From Candidatus Enterousia sp. (GTDB taxonomy: Bacteria > Pseudomonadota > Alphaproteobacteria > Rs-D84): a stretch of DNA of 64,000 bases. The stretch spans positions 127,243-191,242 of the forward strand of contig JAZQTD010000030.1 in NCBI GenBank assembly GCA_045630455.1, in the 5' to 3' direction. A model generated the notes under the pieces. That model was not told the DNA's origin. It was given only the letters and a program-made list of their open reading frames with translations, and did no database searches. How positions within the stretch are numbered: position 1 is the stretch's first letter; the number at the start of each line of letters is the position of its first letter. The translations under genes were made by a program, and so were the position numbers. Positions 56,548 to 64,000 of the stretch are shown here, in pieces.

Positions 56548-57528
56548 CTATAATTCCATCGTTGATTTTTCTGGGAACAACTTTTCTAAGATTTTATGGT
56601 TATTTTGTCTAATGTCAGCGGTACTATTTTCTGTATCATTAACACAAAACAGCGACGGCTTAACCGACATAATGTTGGATTTGGCTAAATCAGTACAGTA
56701 AACAGGAGAGTCTGAAAAAAACTTTCTATAAACTAAGTTATACAACCAACGGTTTGGGGACTTTTTATTACGTACACGCTTTAAGATATTTTTACCATGA
56801 ATATTATCATACAAATTAAATACCCAACGCTGCGCATCTTGCTCAGTTCTAAATCTTGTGTAAACAGTTTTCTCTATGTAATCTTTTAATTCCGGATGAG
56901 ATTTCGCCGCATTCATAGAAGATTTTACATACGCATCTATGTTGTGGGATGGAAAACAATGAGTATAATCGCGCCCAAACACCCGCAATATCTTTTGTGT
57001 CGCCAAGACTAGGGTTTTCATATATGCGCTTAGCAGTCGTCTGGCAATAGAGTATCTTCTTTTTTTCCCATACCATACAATTGCGCGCCCCTGTGAATCA
57101 AAAAAGAAACTTGGTTCCAGGGGTCTGAAAAAGAAACAATCATCATTAGCCAATAAAAAATACTCGGATAAGCCAGGTATGTTTGATACGCACATTTCAA
57201 TCGCATTTGAATTAAATGTCGGCAACGCATCGGCAGGAAAAATAGCTTCGTGTGGAACAATAGTAACCTTGGGATGATTGGTATTTAACCATTTGGGCAC
57301 CTGGTTAAAGCCTGTGACAATATAAATATGATTAATCCACGGAACGTTCTTTTCGGCACTGCGCAAGGAATATCTTAACTCATTATTATCGCGCCAACGA
57401 TTGTCGCCAGATATTTCTGCATTTGTCTTGGTTTCGTGTCCCGCCAATGCCAGGTAATGCTTTTTTATTTTTTGCCATTCTGGATCGTTGCCATCAACCC
57501 ACAGATAAACCAAATCTATTTTGCGCAT
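56548..57528 (-). CDS. Stealth-family hexose-1-phosphoryltransferase (capsule/glycan phosphotransferase; CR1-CR4 conserved regions present).
   Basis: CR1 DLVYLWVDGNDPEW, CR2 LRYSLRS...IYIVTGFNQVPKWL, CR3 IFPADALPTFNSNAIE, CR4 LANDDCFF. Start placed at MRKIDL; AT-rich gene. Confidence 0.7.
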   Translation of the reverse strand: MRKIDLVYLWVDGNDPEWQKIKKHYLALAGHETKTNAEISGDNRWRDNNELRYSLRSAEKNVPWINHIYIVTGFNQVPKWLNTNHPKVTIVPHEAIFPADALPTFNSNAIEMCVSNIPGLSEYFLLANDDCFFFRPLEPSFFFDSQGRAIVWYGKKRRYSIARRLLSAYMKTLVLATQKILRVFGRDYTHCFPSHNIDAYVKSSMNAAKSHPELKDYIEKTVYTRFRTEQDAQRWVFNLYDNIHGKNILKRVRNKKSPNRWLYNLVYRKFFSDSPVYCTDLAKSNIMSVKPSLFCVNDTENSTADIRQNNHKILEKLFPEKSTMEL

Positions 57529-57559
57529 ATCGCCCCCATAGCAATTTTGTTGGGTGGGG

Positions 57560-57583
57560 TTCAAACAACTGGGGTGACTTATA
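57560..57583 (+). repeat. Copy B of the direct repeat TTCAAACAACTGGGGTGACTTATA, at the right boundary of the glycan island, about 30 nt upstream of the Stealth gene start.
   Basis: See copy A. Confidence 0.6.
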
Positions 57584-57689
57584 TGAGTTATAAGATTCCA
57601 ATTATGGCGGTCTTGCGATGCGCCACACCCACCCACGATTTTGTAGGAACTTAACACGGAAAATTGGAATAAAAAAAGCCACAATAAAA

Positions 57690-57790
57690 GTGACCGGGAA
57701 GTTAAGAAAAGCTATCTACGAGTCGCCCCCGACGGTCTTTGGTGGAAACCTATTGTATAACCGGCGGCTTCCCGGTCCAAAGTACCAAGA
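57690..57790. other. Candidate structured RNA or regulatory element in a 460-nt divergent intergenic region.
   Basis: A 10-bp long-range stem GACCGGGAAG/CUUCCCGGUC encloses about 75 nt containing GUCG-CCCC-CGAC and GGU-GGAA-ACC hairpins; a further stem GGCGCAAGU/ACUUGCGCC lies downstream. Confidence 0.2.
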
Positions 57791-57987
57791 AAGGCGCAAG
57801 TGTGTCGCAACCTTTTATGGATAACAACGCAACTTGCGCCGCGTAGATTGGGCTTTCTTATGGCCCTGAACCCAATTCCCATTAAGTTCAATGTGAATCA
57901 TACAGGATAGAAATCCTTTTAGCAAGTATTTTTTAACTTGTTTTATCCACTGTGGCATTTTAGAATCAAAACAAAAGGATCTAGAAT

Positions 57988-58452
57988 ATGTTTCGTAATG
58001 TTTTTATCGGAATAATGCTGGTTGGGCTGACGGCCTGTAACCACGTGCATATAAAACCCGGAACGTTGGATAAAAATGATGTTTTCTATGTCGATTCTGG
58101 TGGCGGCTTGATGCAACTTGGGACAAAACAACTTATGGAAGAACGTGGATATAACCTAACTGTTGGGCACAAACGCGCAAGCATTTCAAGCACGTACATT
58201 ACAGCTGAAGGCGCAGATTCCAGGACATCTGCATCCGAAGTCGGCAAAGCAAAATATATCGTTTTTGTTTCTGAATCTGCAAGTAAGTTTAGACCGATTT
58301 GGTGCTCACTGAATGGTTTTTGGTGGCTGCGCTTTAATATATCTATTGCAGATAATGCCACCGGACAAGAATTATTACACTGGACGGGTCGTGGGTGCGC
58401 AAATAGTTCTGTACGTAAATTAGACAGAATTTTAGATAAGCTTGAAAAATAA
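57988..58452 (+). CDS. Lipoprotein, hypothetical.
   Basis: Lipobox LTAC after MFRNVFIGIMLVG; 154 aa. Confidence 0.5.
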   Translation: MFRNVFIGIMLVGLTACNHVHIKPGTLDKNDVFYVDSGGGLMQLGTKQLMEERGYNLTVGHKRASISSTYITAEGADSRTSASEVGKAKYIVFVSESASKFRPIWCSLNGFWWLRFNISIADNATGQELLHWTGRGCANSSVRKLDRILDKLEK

Positions 58453-58481
58453 AAATCCCGCAAGCGCGGGATTTTTTTAGT

Positions 58482-59105
58482 TTAGTCTTCGATGATACTG
58501 TATTCACAGAAACCTTCGTTCGTGTCACAGCGAGATGTTGTACCTTCGCTGATGAAATAGCCTTGTTCGTGCAGGCATGCTGGGCAAACTTTTGGCGCCT
58601 CTGTTCCAATGTGCCACATACCGCAATTTGTGCAACGCCACATAACAATATTATCCTGTTTGAATAATGTGCCGTCTTCAATTGCTTCGGCCAGCGCACG
58701 GAAACGAGATTCGTGATAGCGTTCTGCCAAGCCGATATTTTTCAAGATTTCTGCAATTGCTGGGAAACCTTCTTGGGCTGCAATTTGTGCAAACTTTGGA
58801 TACATTTCTGTGTTTTCTTCGTGTTCGCCGTATGCAGCAGCCTGTAAATTTTCCAGCGTTGTGCCGATTTTGCCTGCTGGGAAAGAAGCTGTGATTTCCA
58901 AATCGCCCCCTTCTAAGAATTTGAACAAACGTGATGCGTGTTCTTTTTCTTGTTCGGCTGTTTCTAAAAAGATTTTAGAAATTGCCTGATAGCCTTCTTT
59001 CTTAGCTGCACTTGCAAAAAATGTGTAACGATTACGTGCCTGGGATTCACCAGCAAATGCAATTAACAGATTCTTTTCTGTCTGTGTACCTTTTAATGAT
59101 ACCAT
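58482..59105 (-). CDS. Rubrerythrin with a C-terminal rubredoxin-like domain.
   Basis: Diiron ferritin-like motifs E..ARNRY and EQEKEH, E..E..H, and a C-terminal CTNCG...CPAC. AAGGAG Shine-Dalgarno site. Confidence 0.8.
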   Translation of the reverse strand: MVSLKGTQTEKNLLIAFAGESQARNRYTFFASAAKKEGYQAISKIFLETAEQEKEHASRLFKFLEGGDLEITASFPAGKIGTTLENLQAAAYGEHEENTEMYPKFAQIAAQEGFPAIAEILKNIGLAERYHESRFRALAEAIEDGTLFKQDNIVMWRCTNCGMWHIGTEAPKVCPACLHEQGYFISEGTTSRCDTNEGFCEYSIIED

Positions 59106-59180
59106 TTTGTACTTCTCCTTATGTTTTTTGTTTTGTTCGCAGGAAAAATTCTAGCAGAGAAAGTACTAAAAATCAAAAAA

Positions 59181-60666
<1,486 letters not shown>

Positions 60667-60699
60667 TTATCCTCTTGAAACTTATTATAATCTAAAAAC

Positions 60700-60728
60700 T
60701 TGCAATTTCCAGTCTAAAAGACTATAAT
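60700..60728 (+). promoter_or_regulatory. Sigma70-type promoter for ssrA.
   Basis: TTGCAA, 17-nt spacer, TATAAT. Confidence 0.5.
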
Positions 60729-60734
60729 CTTAGG

Positions 60735-61075
60735 GTCGTGAAAACGATGATGATTCTGAATCCGTTGTGAAATAGTCATTTTGGACTGGGGGGCGGTACC
60801 CCACAGCTCCACCATTACTTAATATGATTTTCGGTCATATTTGGTTATGGGGCTGACATAGATTCGACAGGTGATGAAAGACAAACTGGGTGAATCCGAC
60901 GTGGTGTCGTTAAAAGCCAACTAAAAACTGAATGGCGATAGAATCGCTGCGAACGACAATGTTCGCCTTGCAATGGCTGCCTAATGTGGCGCTGAATATG
61001 GTTGGCGATTGTTGACCGTATTCGTTTAAGCAATTGCGGTGTCCGCCGGGTACATGGCACCAGAAACCCGGCATT
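60735..61075 (+). ncRNA. ssrA: tmRNA (ssrA), a permuted two-piece gene: the acceptor piece ending in CCA at 60814 comes first, then the coding piece starting GGGGCUGA at 60849.
   Basis: Acceptor 3' strand CAGCUCC-ACCA at 60804-60814 is complementary to the 5' GGGGCUG at 60849. The coding piece has the UUCGAC D-analogue and a tag reading frame GCU GCG AAC GAC AAU GUU CGC CUU GCA AUG GCU GCC UAA, encoding (A)ANDNVRLAMAA. A terminator-like hairpin lies near 61040-61070. Confidence 0.65.
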
Positions 61076-61110
61076 AATTTATTATAAAAAACGGAACATA
61101 AGGACAAAAA

Positions 61111-61347
61111 ATGTTTGGAAAAGTAAAAAAAGTATTCTTTACCGGCGTATTCGGTGTTTTATACATTTCTTTTGTTGCCCAGTTGGTTTACGTATTGGGT
61201 TGGATGAACGGTATTGAAAATAAATTATTCGGCTTGGCCGCACTGTCTTTGGAATGGTTGGTTTTGATTGCTGCACGCTATTTATCAAAACGTTCCAGCA
61301 ACAGTGCTCAGCACGGTGGATTCGGCGGACACAACCGTCGTCGTTAA
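61111..61347 (+). CDS. Small membrane protein (78 aa).
   Basis: Two hydrophobic helices; weak AAGGA Shine-Dalgarno site; strong terminator immediately downstream. Confidence 0.35.
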   Translation: MFGKVKKVFFTGVFGVLYISFVAQLVYVLGWMNGIENKLFGLAALSLEWLVLIAARYLSKRSSNSAQHGGFGGHNRRR

Positions 61348-61352
61348 TAGAA

Positions 61353-61378
61353 ATCCCCCAGACGGGGGATTTTTTTCG
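61353..61378 (+). terminator. Intrinsic terminator; the third copy of the AATCCCCCAGACGGGGGATTTTTTT element.
   Basis: ATCCCCCAGACGGGGGAT followed by T7. Confidence 0.6.
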
Positions 61379-61438
61379 TTTTCATATGCTTTCATATTTC
61401 TTGAAAAGTTATTAAAATGTATTATATTTAAGTCTGCT

Positions 61439-63196
61439 ATGAAAGAATATATTTTACCTTTTCGGGATTTTGTGGTGCATCCGGGGCTAACTGTACCGGT
61501 GTATATTGATAATAAAACTTCTATTACATGTATTGAATCTGCGGGCAAAACGGGGCAAAAACTGGTCTTGGTGGCACAGCGCACGTGGAACTATCCAAAC
61601 ACCCCAAATGATATTTATAGTGTTGGGACAATTGGCGATATTGTTCAAATCTTGCGTATGCCAGACGGTGCATTGCACGCAATTGTACGCACAACCGATG
61701 CGGTAAAAATTAGTAACATTGTTATCGAAGACGGCATCTTTGTCGGGGATGTAGAACCAATCGCAATCCAAGACGACACAAACCATGAACAAACAATTGC
61801 GCTGCGCGATAAAATCGCAGACAATATGCAGTTCTTGGCGGGGATTAAAAAGTTTAAGCTAGAAAAGTTGCGCAATGTTGCAACAAACTATCCATTGCCT
61901 GCGTTTATTGACTATGTTGTCCAGACGATTGAAATGGATGTAGAGCCGGCGTTGAAAATATTGTCTGCGACATCGTGGCGAGAAAAGTTGATTATTTTAT
62001 TAGAACAGGTGAATCTGGTCGCGGAAACAGCAAAAATAGAAGAGTCTATTAACAAGCGTATTCATCAGCAAATGGAAAAGGGTCGGCGCGAAGCAATCTT
62101 ACAGGAAAAAATGCGTGCGATTCAGCGTGAGATGGGTGACGATGATTTAGAGATGGATACTGAAAACATTCGCAAGCGGATTGAAAAATCAGCCCTGCCC
62201 CGTGATGCAAAAGAAAAGGCAATGAACGAGTGGAAACGCATGAAGTCTATGTCACCAATGTCAAACGAAGGCGGATTGTTAAAGACTTATCTGGATGAAT
62301 TGCTGGCGATGCCGTGGGGCAAATCTGACAAATCACAAATTGATTTGAAGGTGGCACGTGATGTTTTGGATTCTGAACATTCTGGTATGCGTGGGGTCAA
62401 GGAACGTATTCTGGAACATATTGCAGTTATGAAAAAAACCAAATCCAATCAGGGGTCAATTTTGTGCTTTGTTGGCGCGCCGGGGGTTGGCAAGACTTCG
62501 TTGGGCAAATCTATAGCAACAGCGTTGGGTCGTAAATATCAGCGCATATCGCTGGGTGGCGTATCGGATGAGTCTCATTTCCGGGGTCATCGCAAAACAT
62601 ATATTGGCGCACAGACGGGACGTATTATGGATGCGCTGAAACGCTGTAAATCAAACAACCCTGTTATTGTATTGGATGAAATCGATAAGATGGGGCGTGA
62701 TTGGCGTGGAGATCCAGAATCCGCGTTGCTGGAAATCTTGGACCCAGAACAAAACAAGTCCTTCCGTGATCATTATCTGGAAGTTGACTTTGATTTATCC
62801 AATGTCTTGTTTATCGCAACTGCAAACAGTTTGAATATGTCAAGTGCGCTAAAAGACCGTATGGAAATTATCGAAATCCCGGGCTATGCAATCGATGACA
62901 AAGTACAGATTGCACGCGAACACCTAATCAAACGTGCGGCACATGATACGGGCTGGGATATTGAAAATGTTATTTTGGAAGATGATGCGATAAAGCATAT
63001 CATTCAAAACTATACTTCTGAACAGGGTGTACGCCAATTACAGCGTGAAATAACTGCAATTCTGCGGCGTGCATTATTGGAAAACAACTGCGCGGATATC
63101 AAGACAGAATTTACGTGCGACAAAATTGATGAACTGTTGGCGATGCGTAAGATATTAAACAGCAGCAAAAAAATCGGATTTGGGGTACGGGTATGA
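61439..63196 (+). CDS. lon: Lon-like protein with the LON N-terminal domain and AAA+ ATPase but no S16 peptidase domain.
   Basis: N-domain ILPFRDFVVHPGLTVPVYI. Walker A GAPGVGKTS, Walker B VIVLDEIDKM, and sensor/lid through YTSEQGVRQLQREI. The ORF stops at about the AAA/protease boundary. None of the three frames continues, and no GPSAG or catalytic Ser-Lys motif appears downstream. Confidence 0.75.
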   Translation: MKEYILPFRDFVVHPGLTVPVYIDNKTSITCIESAGKTGQKLVLVAQRTWNYPNTPNDIYSVGTIGDIVQILRMPDGALHAIVRTTDAVKISNIVIEDGIFVGDVEPIAIQDDTNHEQTIALRDKIADNMQFLAGIKKFKLEKLRNVATNYPLPAFIDYVVQTIEMDVEPALKILSATSWREKLIILLEQVNLVAETAKIEESINKRIHQQMEKGRREAILQEKMRAIQREMGDDDLEMDTENIRKRIEKSALPRDAKEKAMNEWKRMKSMSPMSNEGGLLKTYLDELLAMPWGKSDKSQIDLKVARDVLDSEHSGMRGVKERILEHIAVMKKTKSNQGSILCFVGAPGVGKTSLGKSIATALGRKYQRISLGGVSDESHFRGHRKTYIGAQTGRIMDALKRCKSNNPVIVLDEIDKMGRDWRGDPESALLEILDPEQNKSFRDHYLEVDFDLSNVLFIATANSLNMSSALKDRMEIIEIPGYAIDDKVQIAREHLIKRAAHDTGWDIENVILEDDAIKHIIQNYTSEQGVRQLQREITAILRRALLENNCADIKTEFTCDKIDELLAMRKILNSSKKIGFGVRV

Positions 63197-63561
63197 AAAC
63201 ACAAACAGTAATGCTTAACGGCAAACCAATCGAAGCCGTCGTGTTTGGCGACGGCCAACAACAGATTGATTTATTTAATGCGGTTGCCGAATATGCGCAG
63301 AATCATAAATTGGAATTCAAAACAGCCCAATTAACACCTATGATAAAAGGCATGCAGAAAACAATGATTGTGGGAAAAGACAATAGGTACGATGTGCGCG
63401 TCACAGAAACAAAAATCCCAGGAATCGAACCACCTTTTCATTGTCCAAGTTATACATCGTTTGTGATTGATAAGGGAACTGGCAAAACATCTATGCATTA
63501 TGGTACGATTTCACATTGTTTTTGGGATTTGCTGCACGAATTAAAGGGAAAACAAAAATGA
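63193..63561 (+). CDS. Hypothetical protein (122 aa), overlapping the lon-like stop (ATGA).
   Basis: No similarity to the Lon peptidase domain; translationally coupled to its neighbours. Confidence 0.4.
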   Translation: MKTQTVMLNGKPIEAVVFGDGQQQIDLFNAVAEYAQNHKLEFKTAQLTPMIKGMQKTMIVGKDNRYDVRVTETKIPGIEPPFHCPSYTSFVIDKGTGKTSMHYGTISHCFWDLLHELKGKQK

Positions 63562-64000
63562 TTCTGATAATCAATACATCGGGGCAAAATTTAGAATTTG
63601 TATTGGATGATAAATACAAGTCTGTTGTGGTGGAAAAGCAATCAGTTGCCCTGCCTGTGGAATGTGAAAATTTTATATCTGAATGTGGCGCAAAATGGTC
63701 AGACTTAACCGCCATCGGTATTATTGTTGGACCGGGCAGTTTTACTGGGATTCGCCTTGGCATCGCGTACGCCAAAGGACTTGCAATGGGGTTAAACATT
63801 CCAGTTGTCGGGATTAGTTTGTTTGACTTGTATCTGGCGGCGACACCAGATGCATTTGTTGCAATTGATTCATATCGTGGGGACTTCTTTGTTGCGGCAA
63901 ATGGATTAGAACCCCAGACAATGAAAATAGAAGAATTAGAGACAAAGCAAATGGCGTGGCCACGGACAGTCGGTCACAAGCCTTTTGATTTGAGGCTGGG
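63558..64000 (+). CDS. tsaB: tRNA threonylcarbamoyladenosine biosynthesis protein TsaB (YeaZ), partial; runs off the right edge.
   Basis: MILIINTSG...LTAIGIIVGPGSFTGIRLGIAYAKGLA is characteristic of TsaB. Not in the ORF track because no stop lies in the window. Confidence 0.7.
   Translation, partial: MILIINTSGQNLEFVLDDKYKSVVVEKQSVALPVECENFISECGAKWSDLTAIGIIVGPGSFTGIRLGIAYAKGLAMGLNIPVVGISLFDLYLAATPDAFVAIDSYRGDFFVAANGLEPQTMKIEELETKQMAWPRTVGHKPFDLRL

Noticed and set aside
57690-57790. The idea that the structured intergenic element is the SRP (4.5S) RNA.
   Set aside because: A GGAA tetraloop is present, but the flanking sequence does not reproduce the conserved domain IV symmetric-loop motifs on either strand. 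It is kept only as an unassigned candidate RNA.
60849-61350. Interpreting ssrA as a standard one-piece tmRNA extending downstream into the 61111 ORF.
   Set aside because: There is no T-arm/CCA 3' end downstream of the coding region. The complementary acceptor strand plus CCA is found 34 nt upstream of GGGGCUGA, which fits a permuted two-piece gene.

Overview
This window reads as a gene-dense alphaproteobacterial chromosome segment. The lineage call rests on a GcrA cell-cycle regulator, a permuted two-piece ssrA, and the ruvB-ybgC-tolQRA arrangement. Confident housekeeping calls are adk, rpsA, thyA, tig, ruvB, secA, dnaE, rsmH, gpmI, tadA, rsmD, rplY, dnaK, amiC, prfB, tsaD, xseA, recN, obg and a partial tsaB. 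RNA genes are RNase P RNA (rnpB, minus strand), tmRNA (ssrA), tRNA-Met(CAT) and tRNA-Arg(CCG). The prfB gene carries the classic +1 programmed frameshift site (AGGGGG-TTT-CTT-TGA-C). Several conserved neighbourhoods are eroded: no ruvA before ruvB, no tolB/pal after tolA, no dcw genes after rsmH, no dnaJ after dnaK. There is also an addA split into helicase and nuclease ORFs with no addB, and a Lon that stops exactly after its AAA+ module. This pattern suggests a reduced, host-associated lineage. The most interesting unexplained content is accessory. (1) Locus 31609-35041 encodes a 953-aa secreted protein built from two modules, each a PKD-like domain followed by 7-8 copies of a 29-31-aa repeat (LFAGIxGAPAxxMFxxTFxxCxGLTGxIP) that I do not recognise, with a small secreted protein upstream and a paralogous mini-ORF downstream. 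(2) Two paralogous Cys-rich secreted proteins (774 aa and 413 aa) share a C-R-E-x-x-A-x-C-x-x-x-C motif; one sits where the dcw cluster should be. (3) An AT-rich glycan island holds a Stealth-family hexose-1-phosphoryltransferase, a TagF-like glycerophosphotransferase and a phage-fibre-like protein. A 23-24-bp direct repeat brackets it, and a core motif (AACAACTGGGG) also forms the intergenic hairpin inside it. (4) A bitopic membrane protein next to gcrA carries tandem Pro/Glu repeats and a Cys-rich C-terminus. No CRISPR array or obvious transposase was seen. Coordinates of RNA genes, promoters and terminators are approximate to within a few bases.
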